A stretch of DNA of 64,000 nucleotides from Podarcis filfolensis (GCA_964270895.1 OZ185450.1), one strand, 5' to 3'; positions 1 to 13,637 are shown, numbered from the stretch's first letter. Numbers and translations are program-made. Notes: generated from the sequence alone by a model not told the origin.

Positions 1-866
1 CGGGGTTGGAGCACACATTCCAAGCGGCTTTCCACATTTCAATTAATGCATCAGTAATCATTGTTTTGATTATGAATGCACTTCCTTCCACCCATAACAG
101 CGCTCTTAAAGACCCCATGCTGGAACATTTCAAAAGGAAGAGAAAATATTCTTAAGGAAAAGATAATGGACAGAGCGCATGGGGCATGAGAAAGGCAGCA
201 TGCCTCATGCACTACAGCTATAGCCATGTTGCCCAACTTATTGAAAGTGAACCTTTAGACATGCAGTAACCTCATTTATTCACTGGTTGAACCAAATTTG
301 CATCAACTCCCATAAAAACCTGAATCTAGATCAGGGTCCGAAAAGGGATGAGAGCTGAAAAATTACGAACTTTCTACAAAGGATGATCAAAAAGGAGCAG
401 GGGAATTATCGGAACATCTGACAAATTCAACCTCTATTCATGTAATAATGCACTTTACAAAAGTAACATTCAAAGGCTTCGGTGGTTCTTTCTTCCCACA
501 CATTCCAGCACCTCAGGGAGTCTTGGGTGCTTTGAGGTGTGGGCAAGATGCAGGCTTCTGCTCTAATTGTTTTAGGGAGCTGTCTTCACTAACTCTCCTG
601 CCCCCACAAGAGCTGCTTTGATTTATCACTCTCAATGAATTGTGTCCACGGGTAGGAACTCTACCACAGAGGGAAAACCAGCTCTGTTCCTGTTGTGATC
701 TCCCACCAGCACCGGTCCAATGAGGCTGAAAACCACTTGGCCTTCTGGAGTTTGGCTGAACATGGACAAAAGCCATAGGGAGTCCTGAAGGTGACATGAG
801 AGAGCCATCATGTTCAGGGGTGGAAGTGCTCCATCTTGCTACCATCTCTAACTAAATCAGTTTGGA

Positions 867-918
<52 letters not shown>
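867..918. repeat. (TTA)n microsatellite
   Basis: Pure ATT/TTA run; source of the poly-Leu ORF 862-1086. Confidence 0.97.
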
Positions 919-2689
919 GGTGAGATGAATCACCACAATCTATACAATCTAGTTTATCACCCTAAAGGCTCTCTCAAATGCGATCAGCGGTGTAACAGAC
1001 ACAAAAGGCCCTATTCTCTGCACATCTTTCCTCAACGCTCTCCTGTCCCCACAGCCAAGCAACAAACTCCTCCTCTTCGAACATAGAGCTGCTCTTCTCT
1101 TCTTTCTAGAATGATTCCCAATTGGGGGTCGACACTAGAACCACAGCACAGAGCCAACATAGAGTCACAGCAACCCAAAAATTATACTCAAAACAAATCA
1201 TGCACCTGGAGATGCTCAAACCAACTGCAACCGAGGTTGCAGGATACAGGAATAAATGAACCTGCATTTGTGCCATAGCTCCCCCAATCTTGGGGCAAGA
1301 TTACCTGCCATTTTAAAAATGCAATTCTGAAACCTCAGAAGCTAGAAACTTGTCAGCTAAAAAAATAAATAAAATATTGATTCACAGGAACCCAAAACTC
1401 GCCTGACTGGAGTGTTTCAGAAATGTATGTACATGAATTAGGAAAGACAACAACAAAATCCTCTGCCATATAACATACAGGCATGGTGGGGGGCAGGAAT
1501 GAAGAAACTTCTTAAGTGTCAATCTGGCTCCTTTTTCTAGTACTCACTGAGGCCTGCTGCTGTTCCTGAAGGAGCTACCATGGTTTTGATACCATCATTC
1601 CAAGCAAACAGATTACGGGTTAGAGAGCATTCCCCTGAAAGCTGGGAAGAAAATTAAATCTGTATTCTGTGGGAAAACTGGGATTCTGCTACCGGTAACT
1701 GCTTTATAATCTCTTTGAACGCTGCCAATCTGGTTCCTTATCACACGTTCTTCTGTCTGCACCTTTTGCTACAGGCACAGGGGAGATGAATAATGGTATT
1801 AAAAAACAGCCTGCCATTGGCCAAGAACTATGTGATAGTTGTCAAGGTATACAAAGCCAACACAACAGCTATCACAAAAGAATCAGTTGCCCAAAGTCGG
1901 CCTTGCACAACCCTTACCACCCATCAGCTTTCTGATGAGAAATGGAACAAACGAGTTGGTGTTCACCTATTTGTTCAGCTTTTCTTCAGAAGCACCCAGC
2001 ACTGTCAAAAACTTGCAGCTCCTTTTCATCTCAAAGCGTACAAGAGCAGCATTTGGGAGGTTCAGCTTGTCTGCGGAGAATCAAAAGTGGGGGGGGGAGG
2101 GGAGGTACTATTGTACTCAAGTCTGGCTTTGGGGCTTTCTATAGGCAGCTGGTTGGTCACTGAGAGAACAGGATGTGGGACTGTGTGGGTCTTTGGTCTG
2201 ATCCAGGAGGGCTCTTCTTATGCTCTTAATATTTTAATGAGAATAAGTATATAAATATTTTAAATAAACACATAGTTAAGTTATTATCTCTTGTAGGTTG
2301 TGAATTCAGCATTGGAGAAGCTGGAGAATCCCTTAACAGATTCTTAACCGCAGGTACGTTTTCTAACTAAACCCAGTTATTCTGTCTCCTCTGTTCTAGA
2401 TCTTTCCTTTTGCAGAGTGCAATATGTGTCTCAGGGGACAAGATGGGCAGCATGTCTGTTTATTTAAAGTCCGCCTTTCTGTTTTTGTCTCACTGACATG
2501 CTGCTTGACCTCAAATGCTGCAGATTTCAACTTGGGAGAGCCAAGTACCATGTTTGTTTAAACCCCACTAGAGCTACATTTTAATTCTTGTGCATGGTGG
2601 AATGAATAATTCAGGATGCCCACAGAGAACAGGCTTTCTGAAAAAACTAAGTCCAAATGGACGTAATCACTGGCTCATGCAATCGTACA

Positions 2690-3400
2690 GCGAATTACAG
2701 AGGCCTTGTTGACAAGCTGAAAATGAACAAATCACTGTGCTCTGATGGTATCCACCCAACAGTTCTTCAAGATCTCAGATGTGAAAATGCTTATCTTCTA
2801 AACAAAAACACGTAACTTGTTCCTTAGATCAATCTCTGTAATAGAGATCTGAAAAGCCGCTAATAGAAGCCAATCTTTTAAAAGGGATGCAAGATGCAGT
2901 GGTAATTGAGGAAATTTATGCCTTTATACATATGTATGGTATAGTCAAATCTGGAAATACTGTGTACAGTTCTGGGCATCTCACCTCAAAAAGGATATTG
3001 CAGTGCTGGAAAAAGTTTAAAGGGGGCAGCCAAAATGGTCAAAGGATTGGAGAAACTGTCCTATGAGAAGAGATTACAGCATTTGGGACTGTTGGGGCGT
3101 GATAAAGGCACACATATTATGGAAGAAGTGGCTAGAGGTGGGGGTTTTTTGTGTGTGCGTCTTCCTGTCATGTAGAACTCAGGGCCATCCAATGAAGGTA
3201 AGTGATAGGAAATTCAGAAATGCAGTAGTGAGTGATACAAAAAAGAGAGCTAATAACTCTCCTCCTTGTTTCCTATCTATAAGATCAGACTATAAAATCA
3301 GACAGAATGAATTTGGAGGGGCTGCTATGAGGGTGGACACAAATAAGCAGACTACATGATTGTGTACCTAAGTCAGTGCAAGAGTTTCTGACACTATGAC
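2690..3400 (+). mobile_element. Decayed CR1 LINE ORF2 fragment with internal deletion
   Basis: Degenerate CR1 RT-region motifs: aacaaatcactgtgctctgatggtatccacccaacagttctt (K-S-P-G-P-D-G-I-H-P-R-V-L-like), then aatactgtgtacagttctgggcatctcacctcaaaaaggatatt (EYCVQFW.PHLKKDI-like) and cctatgagaagagattacagcatttgggactg. Many stops and frameshifts. Confidence 0.8.
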
Positions 3401-4288
3401 TTTCACACTTTTTGTCCAGTCTGAGCCCCAGGGCAGCTAAAAACGGACTGGAAAAAATCCACAATGTATTAAAATAGATTGTGCAAGTATCACAGAAAAC
3501 AGGGAGAAAATGTTTATTACTTGCATACAAAAAGAAATATTTTAAAGATTTATCTTAAGGAAACAGCTCCCAGAGACCTTAGGCCTGGTCCTTCAACTAC
3601 ATATTATAAACCAATTTTTTTTTTCCATTGTGAGAGTCACATGAAGGCGATCTTGTGGGTTGACTGCCCATCCACTGACTACATTGCTATAATGTACCAA
3701 AACCAGTCTGACCAAAGAATTAAGTTACAGCCCACTACATTTTGCCTCTGGTTTATAAAACAGCATTTATTCTGCGGAAAATCTGCAGAACTTGCGTTGT
3801 GAGGGAGGAAAACATGTCATGTCATGGGCACTTCAAGGAATTAGTGCCAAATTATTTGCTAATCGGGTTATTGCCCTATAAATAGTCGTGGCTGTAGTTA
3901 TACTAAAAATGGCCCACAAGTTACACCTTGTTGGAATGTCAAATTTGTATGTGATGAAATGTCAAATATGACAATTTCTTCCCTGCCCATTAAATAAATA
4001 ACAGAAATAGGAGCTGCAACAAAGGAAGGGCAACTCACATGGGAAAAAAGGAAAACAAAGAAATCAACCGCACTAGGCTCCACCTTTATATACTCTGATT
4101 CAGAAAAAAATAACTAGGCAGTCTCCCTATCCATACAGAACTTCCAAGTCAAACTGGTTACTGGACGGAGAGAATGTCAGCACACCTTCTTTGGCAGTGG
4201 AACTTGACTCATTTGCATCATCTGGTGATGCCTGCTCTGCAGGCAGTTTCATGAACCACATCCAAAATGCCAACCTAGACATGGCAGA

Positions 4289-4395
4289 GGCAGGACTGTA
4301 GCAGCAGCTCAGTGGCAAAGCACTTGCCGTGTACACTGAAGGTCCCCGGGACAACCCCCAGCATCTCCAAACAGAGCTGGGAAAGGCCCCTGTGT
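4289..4395 (+). mobile_element. Squam3-like tRNA-derived SINE, 5' part
   Basis: gctcagtggcaaagcacttgc...gaaggtccccggg.caacccccagcatctcc...gctgggaaaggcccctgt: A-box/B-box tRNA-like head followed by the Squam3 body. Confidence 0.65.
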
Positions 4396-7300
4396 GGGTG
4401 CCAAATGATTCAAAAACTTGAATATTGGAGGAGTGCCTATTGTGCACTTGCTTCGCATGATCTAGCTTGAATGTGAAAATGGGGCTCTTAGCAGAGAACA
4501 TAATGGTTGCTAATGAGCCAGGTCTACTATTGTGTGGTAAATGCTGGGCTATAATACTTCTCGTCCAAGCGATTCAGCAAGCTGATTTAAGTCAAAAAGA
4601 GGAGTGTGACGGAACGCTGAATTTTAACTGTGTTAATACAGCATACTTAAAACTAGCCGGGATACATTATCATTAGGCAAGACAATTAGGGACTCAGTAT
4701 ACAGAAATGAAGAAAATCTAAGCTGATGTTGTTGTGCTGCTTCTTGAATAGTGAAGGGCAAAAGTTAATCATGACCAGCTTGGCAGGATCTTAAAGGACC
4801 TTGACAACCCAAGTAACTACCTTGGCAGGCTACTTGCCTAATTAATCTCCCAGACATGTAGGAGAATTTTTGAACCACGTTTTGAAGCCAGGATGGTGCT
4901 CGTGTTTAAAACTGGATAAGGAACTTTGGGCAAACTGGGGTTCACAGCCAAACCCTAAAGCATGGAAATTAAGAACGCAGAAGTGGGAATCATCCCTTCT
5001 CTGCCAAGCACAAGCTCCTTGGTCCATCCAATCAAAGCTATCCAATGTCTTGCCGCACCCTCTTTTCCCCAGTTATAAACTTCCCTATTACTTTCACTGT
5101 GCCAACTCCTCCAGCAGCAGCCATGCTAAAGCCTCCTGCACTCTTAAACGAGTCCATACTTTCCCCCTTGCTACCTCCTAAACATGGGATGTCCTCCCAG
5201 AGAATGAATGCAATTCCACTTCTCTTTTTCCATTCAAATCCCGCCCCCCCAAAAAAAACATGTTTCCCATAAACTCTAAAGCTTAGTCCCTTAGTCTTTA
5301 TCCCCCAAAGGAAACCAATAGTGCACCCAGTGACACTTGCCCCCTCCCTCATTAATTCTATTGCGTCTCTCTTTCCTTCTCTTTCCATGTCGTCTTTCCC
5401 ACTGTCAAAATTTGGATTTTAATCTCCTTGCAGCAGTAGCCCGTTTGTTTTTCCTGTTATTCTGCAAAGTGCCATGAATAGGGACAGCCCTATATGAATA
5501 TAATAACACAATAGTAACACTGTTGACCTAACTCTAAATATTCTTTCAGCTACGGCAGCAGCAGAAGCAATAATGAGAGAGCGCAGCATTTGTGTCAATC
5601 GCAAAATTAGAGAGGAAGAACAAACAGCATAACCTTGGGGTCTCTTGTGCTTCCCTCAGAATCATTACAATTACCAACCATTTTCAGAAAATTCTCATCA
5701 ACCAATTTCATGTAGCCAAAATAATGGGAGCAAATATCACAAATAGAATAGGACACAAATGGTAATTTTACTTACGGGATGTTGGGACTTGCCATTTCAA
5801 ATTAGCAGGAACTGTGAAGTGGGCATTACTGACAATGCGAATATAGTAATTGGGGTTGATTTCATGGCGCCTGGCCAAATCTGGCTGACTAGCGCCTTGG
5901 CGAGTTAATTATAGCTCTCGTAACAGAGCGGGGACACTTTATAGAGACATAATTGAGCAGCGAGGAACTCTAACAAAACAACCTTGGTGTGTCATGGTTA
6001 GTGACGAGGAAGAGCATGCATACGCGCGTGCGCACACACAATTTGTTCAGAAGATTTCACAAGGCAGACCTGCATAGCTGTTAGAGTTTGCCAGTGCTAC
6101 AAGTGTCTGTTTTCTTGACCATTGGTTCACATATTCAGCGAAAACAAAGCTATAAAAGCAAGAACACATTGATTCAATTGGAGTTGTCATTAACGTCCTT
6201 TAGATTCGGCTGGCTGGAATAAAAATACGTGACACTATTTTGGAATGAACCAAAGATCGTTGCACTTTGCACTGGACTACATATTTTACCACCTACATCT
6301 GCAAACTATAACCCAGCTTTGGATAATATTTAAGGGCACATACTACGGTCACTTAAAAAAAAAGAATGAATGGATGAAAGCGTGTAACATGAAGAGTTGA
6401 GGGAGATTTTCTGTTGCATTTGCAGCACCCAAGTGGCCTCTCTGAGGCGCAAGCCTGGGCAGTGTGTATGGAGGTCCTGGGCTGCCCAGATGACAAGACC
6501 CGCCCCCCTGGCCTCGCTGATATGGTCCAAAGGAAAGCAGAGCAATACGTTTGACACCAGCTTGGCTGAAGAAGTTGCCGGAAGGAGGCATACAACACGC
6601 CATCCAACCATCTTAGGGACTCCACTGTGGATTTGTGTAGGGTTTACTTCTTGGCCTTTTCTTCTCCAGAAAGTATCCCACAAAGCAGTTGGTACAGATT
6701 GTTCTTTGGGGGTTTACTCCCAAAGCCTTTCTCATGAATAAAGCTGCAAGGTTTAGAATCAGAATTTCCCGTCTCCTAGATGGGCTATCCTCCCAGGTTT
6801 ACAAGTCCTATCTGTCCCTCATTTCCCTCTACAACTCGGCAGAAACCGCCTTCTTGACCGTAGGACCCACAATTGGTCTCCTCTGCTTAGTCTGCCAGAG
6901 CCTGACTTCCCATGCAGAGGAAGTCCCTAACTCACAGGGGGCTTGAAATCCACAGGCTACCCTGGTTTAGCCAGTCAGTCAAAGCCGTTCCTGGAGTGTC
7001 GCTGGCAGCTTCTTGGAACCACAGATGAGAGCTGAATGCAGCTCATTTTGTTGATCACAATTGGTTAATCCTGTCTACTCAAAAGAAAGTTCAGCTGAAC
7101 TTACTCGCAGGTAGGTGGGAGTCACATTTTTCTTATGAGAGAAAAAGAGTGAACTGTACAATGAAATATGTAATATGCAAGTGTTTAAATGCTGGGCAGG
7201 CAGAGTACAAGAGTTAAACAATACGGCAACTAATACAAGAAGCACGTTACTGAGACTCTTTTAAACTATTTATGGCCTACTTACAGACTTTTTGGTTTAA

Positions 7301-10300
7301 ACCTCCAAGACCTCAAGTCAGAGAACAATGGCTTTTATTAAGCACCTAAAAGTTACACAAGCACTATACAAGTAAGAAGTTCAAACACATTTCAAAACTT
7401 GTCCAAGCCTCGCAAGAGCATTAGAAAGAGGAAAATACATATTCAGATACAGCTAGCTTCTCAATTATTGCAAAACAAAGCTGTCTGATTTGGAATATTT
7501 TGGGACAAAATTAACTTTTGTGTTCCCGTCTCTAACTGATGGGACAGAAGCAGTAAAAAAAAATTTGCTGAACATTATCCTAGGTGGCCTGTGCCACCTA
7601 CATGTTTGGACTGACTTTTGGCAGCTGGGAGTAATGTCAGGGTGCAACAAGTTGGATTTTTTTCTACCCAACTATGTGGAATGTGACAATAATGGGGTGG
7701 GTGTGTTTTCTGTGCCGTTTCTTGACGCTAAGCCCTACAGGATAGCAATCTATAAAATACGTGCACACTTCACTGTTCTTCCTACCTGAAAGCTAAGGGC
7801 TGTCAGATGCTCCTACCGGGGAGAAGGTGCCAACCACAATGAAAAGCCAGAACTGAACTGCGAAGTATCCCCCATTCGCCTTACTCTCACTGCTTGTCTA
7901 AGCACATTCCTACTCCCAGAGCCAGTCTTAAAAACATACTTTGGGATGATTATTTAAAATACAGATATGCTTTTCTATTTTAAAAAATCTTGATAGTGAG
8001 TTATCACAGATGTCAGGAAATTCAGTTGAAGGAAAAGCAACTTTCATTTCTGGGAATTTGATGGTACCAGTCTGGGTTCTCCACCCCTGGTACTATGAGA
8101 AATTGTTTTTTTCTTTTTTTATTCCTTTCTTTGTCATAATGAACTTGGATAAACTCCAGCCAAAGATCAAGGCCTACCAGACCTTGCTTTTGAAGAAGAT
8201 ATCATCCTGTTTTTACATTCTGAACATCTTTCTCCTCTGCTTCCCATACTGATAAGAATTTCCCTTCCCAATAAGATCATGTGGAGGCAATTCCAAGACC
8301 AAAACTATATTCATAATATTGAAATGTTTAACAACAACAAAAATGCTTAAATCTCCTTTCAGCTAAATCCAGAAATTATTTTATCTTTTCACAAGCAATT
8401 TAAAAGTAGAATAAATGGGAGTTCTGACAGCAAAAATTCAGCGTAGAAGCCAGAATTTACTTGGCACGACCTGGCCCTTAGTAATAATAAGGTATGCAAC
8501 AGCTGCATTCACGTGTAATAAAGTAAACCAGGGTTTAGTGTGAACACATGGGCTTTTGGGGAGCAGACAAAAGGCACTTTGCTCCTTCCAATAACAAATA
8601 TTGACCACAGCTCATGGTTGAGGATGACAGAGCTTAACCATAAGCTCAGGTTTGGATGACATTTTAAGCCAAACCTTGGTTTAGCTTCTAGCTGCACTGA
8701 GCTAAAAGGGCTGGGAAGAAGCAAAATAGATGCAAGCTCCTTTCTGGGAGCTGGGACATTTGGGTGGCCCTGATAAGCCACAGTTTGGCTAACCGTGACA
8801 TGCAAACCATGACAACATTTTTTAATATATTTCAACCCTTGTTGAGCAAGTGCTACCATAGCCAATCAGGTTTCTAAAGTTTGCCTTTCAAGTTATGGGA
8901 TTTGTCACTGGAAATATAAGAACATGCGCAATCTGCTGGCATTTTATCCTAAACTGAATTCAATGATTAAAATTTGTGAATCAAGAACCAGAATATTTTA
9001 AAAGGCTAAGTTTGTTGACTTGTTAAGATAACAAAGTCCCAACGTTATCACTTCATAATGAGTCAATAGATCTAGCCTTTGAAGTCTTCTGGGTTTTAAT
9101 GTATTACGTTGTTAAAACCCTGATCCCTGGCATGAAATTAAAAAGACCAGGTTCAGAAATATCAAAGACAGACACATTACGGTACATAAATACCTCACTT
9201 TGAACAATCAGCGAATTAAGCAAAATCTACCTTGAAGATTGGATTATCCGAATAATATTTTGACTATTTTCATCCTCAGCAAGCTAGGAGGAAAGCAGCA
9301 CGTTCGTGAAAAGTAACCAAAACATTAGTGAGCTCTCTGACATTTTGTTTTACAAAAAGAAAAACTTGATACTGCAGTAGCTGGAATACCATTTAAAGTC
9401 ACACTCATTTCGAAGAAAAACAGGGATTAAATCTGCCTCACATGCACTTTTCTACCGCAGAATTTACACAGAAGTAGGCATTGGACAAATAATCATTCCC
9501 ACTGATTGCCTCCTTCTTGGTAGTAGAGGCAATGACCATTTAACCACATCCAAGTGATGTGCAACTGCGCACGTGTGCATCGCACCACCCCTGGAAGTGT
9601 CTCTGGAAACAGGGGCAGCATGGAGTGGAGGCCAAAGGAGGCAGAGCAGGCTTACATGCGCTCCACTGATATGCATGGGGGTCAGGAATGCAACCCCTGT
9701 GCAAAATGGTCATTCCCAGTACTCAATATGCCCAAATTGCAGCGAAAAGCACCTGGGACTACAAACATCACACAATTTCTACTGACTTTTGCCTTTGGGG
9801 ACTCCCCCCCCCCCAAGTCAATGTTAACATATTGGCATTAAAAAATGTCCTGGGCGGGTTTTCAAGCAAAAAATAACCCAAGGAAGCAGTTAGGTACCCT
9901 TCGTGTGATGTGCCACACATGACTTTATTTGGGGGCAGAAAGAGTTGCCTGGGGAGGGAGCCACTTCCATGACCTGAGCCTAAATTCCCCACCCCTTCAG
10001 TAAAGCCCAGTATTTTACATGAATTTCCTCTTTTGCTTAATATGGCATTGCTGTCCAAACATGCAATAAAAATGCATTGAATTCATAAGCCCACTACATG
10101 GGAGTGCAGCGTTGTTTAATGCTACTAGTCAAGAGAAGATGGCTTAAGCACGTGTCCTTACATTTGCAGCACTGTGTTCTTTTCTTTTAATAGCACTGAT
10201 AAATCCAGGGTGCTCCAGGCACCTCTATCCTGTTTACAATAGGGTGGGAAATGTTAGATGTTTATTGCATTCAGAAAGGGATTCGCTTGAGGGCTGTGGT

Positions 10301-10656
10301 GTACCAACGTGTGCCTCTGCCTGTCAAATAGGTCATATTTTCGCATACCTGATATAGTCACTAATTCATCATGTTTTAACCTCCCCTTGCTCACTCCCCC
10401 TACCCTACCCCACCCCAACACACACAAGCACACCCTGATGTTAACAGACGGGGCAGGCAGGTTTTTGTTTGTTGAATACTGTGGTGTGGAATGTTCCTCC
10501 ATCAAGACTCCCAAAATCAGCTTGCTGAACTAAAATTGTATATTTTAAAGCCTTTATTAATTGTCAGCTCACTTTGTCCCAAGCTTCTTCGATGTTGCAT
10601 TCTTAAGGATGAAATCACTGAATAGGTGTGGTGCCTGGCTTATATTGAGATTTATA

Positions 10657-11061
10657 TTCCTTCCTTTCTTTCTTTTTAAATAATTTTTTATTGAGTTTTA
10701 CATTTTGGTTACAAACATTTCAAACAAATAATAAAAAATTAAATTCCACGTCCGTCTGTCCCACGCCCCGCGCCTTCCCTCAACTTCCCCTTCTGGGTTT
10801 GTCCTGCTTGCAATACTATACTTCAAAATTATGCTCTTTACATCAGATGTTGTTGTATTCTTATCACTTCAATCTCATCTCTATCACTTCTATATTAGTT
10901 TTGTTAATTGTAAGTGTTTAGTTAAACCCTACTAGTGAGTCCATTTCTTTACATTGATTCCATAAATACAATATAAATGGTTCCCAGTCTTTTCTAAAGT
11001 CTCTACTGTCTTTATCTCTGAGTCTTTCAGTGAACTTCAGCAATTCAGCATATTCCATCAG
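10657..11061 (-). mobile_element. 5'-truncated L1-clade LINE 3' end
   Basis: Minus frame encodes LMEYAELLKFTERLRDKDSRDFRKDWEPFILYLWNQCKEMDSLVGFN*, a squamate L1 ORF2 C-terminus. A 3'UTR follows with AATAAA (10692-10687). Flanked by direct repeat ttgagatttata (10645-10656 and 11062-11073). Confidence 0.8.
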
Positions 11062-11074
11062 TTGAGATTTATAC

Positions 11075-11077
11075 TTT

Positions 11078-11132
<55 letters not shown>
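11075..11132. repeat. (TTTC)n microsatellite
   Basis: Pure tetranucleotide run. Confidence 0.95.
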
Positions 11133-11163
11133 CTTAGTTACCAATCCCAAGAGTAAAACAAAG

Positions 11164-11514
11164 TAAAGGTAAAGGTACCCCTGCCCGTATGGGCCAGTCG
11201 TGTCTGACTCTAGGGTTGCGTGCTCATCTCGCTCTAGAGGCTGTGAGCCGGCGCCACAGGTCACATGGCCAGTGTGACGAAGCTGCAGCTGGCGAGCCAG
11301 CACCAGCGCAGCGCACGGAAACGCGGTTTACCTTCCCGCTATAAAGCGGTCCCTATTTATCTACTTGCACTTAAGAGTGCTTTCGAACTGCTAGGTGGGC
11401 AGGAGCGGGGACCGAACGACAGGAGCTCACCCCGCCGCGGGGATTCGAACCACCGACCATACAATCGGCAAGTCCTAGGCACTGAGGTTTTACCCACAGC
11501 GCCACACTTGTCCC
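11164..11514 (-). mobile_element. Sauria (Squam1) SINE, divergent subfamily
   Basis: aaaggtaaaggtacccctgccc...gtttaccttcccgc...cctatttatctacttgcac...gtgctttcgaactgctagg...ggggattcgaacc (B-box)...cacagcgccac...tccc; full length ~350 bp. Confidence 0.92.
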
Positions 11515-11924
11515 TTACTACTTCTTACAAAGTAGTAAGAAACAAAAGAAGTACCATAAATGATAAGGTGTACAATAACAACCTAAAGCAGAAGCAGTCC
11601 ATTCAAAACGGACAGAAAAATCAAAACTGCTCTGAATTTAAAATTATAGCATTTGTCATTCTTAAAATTCCAGGGAAACAGAAATGCTTGCACCTGGAAC
11701 TCAAAGGACAGCAACTTCAGGCCTCCCTGGGAAAGGCATTCCAAACGCAAGAGGCTACCCAAATATCCCAGCCTCAGTGCTCATGTGAAATTGGGTGGTA
11801 AGAAGACTTAGTGAGATGACACGTGCAAAGAGGTACAAACCTTTAACAACATGCTGTTTAAATGTTTGCTTCCATCACCACCTCCACCCTGGCTTCCTAC
11901 AGCCTTCAGAGGTCAATGAAAGGA

Positions 11925-12240
11925 TGTGGTATTTATTATTGAAAATAATTTATATCCTGCTCTTCCTCCCCAAACTCCCCAAGGAGATCAGAGCAGTGTG
12001 CACGAAAATGAGTAAAGCAACAAAAACAAGAAACAGCAAACAAATCCGCAGCCGCCAAACTAGGGGGGCTCAAAAAGAAAAGTCTCTGCTACCCTCCTAA
12101 ATGCAGTGAAGGAGCCAGAAGAATCTCCCAGAGCAGGGAGTTTGGGGAAAGTTGGGGGCTTACACAAAAACGGTCTTCTTGTGTCACTTAAGGAACACCT
12201 AAAGAGATAGCAACTGTGGAAGATCCCATCGCTGAAGCAA
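11925..12240 (-). mobile_element. Old L2-type LINE 3' fragment
   Basis: tttattattgaaaataatttatatcctgctcttcctcccc...aaggagatcagagcag tail, then degenerate body (ccagagcagggagttt). Confidence 0.45.
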
Positions 12241-12310
12241 GATGACATGGTTTCAAGCTATAAGATGACATGGATGCAAGGTACTCTTTCTTCTATCCAC
12301 AAAAAAAGTA

Positions 12311-12519
12311 CAGTCGTACCTTGGAAGTTGAACGGAATCTGTTCCGAAAGTCTGTTCCAAAACGTTCGGAAACCAAGGCACAGCTTCCAAATCGGAAGCC
12401 ACACCAGACGTTTGGGTTCCAAAGAACGTTCTCAAACCGGAACACTCACTTCTGGGTTTGCGGCGTCCAGGAGTCAAAACGTTCAACTTGCAAGTAGTTC
12501 GTCAGCAAAGGTACGACCG
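12311..12519. mobile_element. Tc1/mariner (Tigger-like) MITE
   Basis: TA|cagtcgtacctt ... aaggtacgaccg|TA: terminal inverted repeats and TA target duplication, 209 bp. Confidence 0.88.
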
Positions 12520-13637
12520 TATCTGAGTCTGACTATTCTAGAATACTGGCCAAATATATTTTAATACAGTTAACCTCCCCAAATAAAAATGAGCTAACTA
12601 TTCAGTTTGCAGGACTAGAAGAAAGTCACAAGAGCCTGGTCCCACAGGCTTTAAAAAAAATGTGATGCTGGCACTTAGGCATTTGAATTTTCTTACCCAC
12701 ACCGCACCCCCAAGCCTGGCTATGAACTCCTGCAAATGTTGTTAAACCACCTTAGTACACAGCCAGGGGAAAGCAGACAGCATCCTTCCACTCAGCTGAG
12801 TAAGTTCCTTCTATTTTAAGCAATCTAAATGAGTGTTTACAAGAGGAAGCACAGCCAATCTTCCTTTAATTGGTTTCAAAATCAACTAAATAAAGCCTTA
12901 AGATTTTTTTTTTAAAAAAGCATGATTATTTTCTCGGCAGGAACACTAAATATTCTGAACACACCCACAGGGGAAAAAAACTGCACAGCACCCAACAATG
13001 ATGTGCTTCTTCGCTAGCCAACCTGGTGTTCCATGCATAATGTTCATCCACAACGCAGCTCTGACAGGGGTGTTCAAAACAGCTTTGAAGGAACCCCTCA
13101 AAGCATATCAGAAGTTATTCAATAAAAAGATTGGCAGTGGCAGGCTAGCCTCCCTGAAGGACAGTTTAGCCAATGCTACTGATCTTTCCTGGGCAAACCT
13201 CAGCAGCGGGGGAATTTAGGTTGTTCAGTCCGATGCAACAGTCTCTAGCCTGGCCCTATACCACAGTGGTTCTTGTCAGAGGTTGTTTTCCTGGGAGGAC
13301 GTGGCACAATGATCGTTAGTTGGGATTTTTGTTTGTTTTTTTAAAGGCTATCTTAGGCATGTAGGTGGAACAGAGCTGGGAAGTAGGAGAATTCTTATAA
13401 CAGGATAAGAATATTGGGAGGGGGGGGTGTAAGGTACTATTGAGTTTATGAAGCCAGATGGATATATTTAAATTTTACTTCTTTTTAACAAGGAGGTGGA
13501 AGCAGCAATGAGTAATTCCTGATTTAGGGAAAACTCATTTTGGTTAAAAGGGCATAAATAGCTTGGAGGTTGAAGCACGGAGAGGATGGAAGGGAAATGC
13601 TTAAAGTCTATCATTATGCACCACTCTAGGAGAAGCA

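Noticed and set aside
4289-4360. tRNA-like sequence (also 23705-23730 and 25250-25297)
   Set aside because: A/B-box heads of tRNA-derived SINEs; no complete cloverleaf.
4127-4501. 124-aa minus-strand ORF with a protein-like C-terminal half
   Set aside because: The 5' half runs through a SINE, it has no similarity to CUX1 exon 3 or later exons, and no convincing acceptor/donor pair was found.
6720-6950. Probable interspersed repeat fragment (tagatgggctatcctcccagg...gaaaccgccttcttgaccg...gaagtccctaactcac)
   Set aside because: It looks like a common squamate repeat, but I cannot assign family or boundaries reliably, so it is not listed as a feature.
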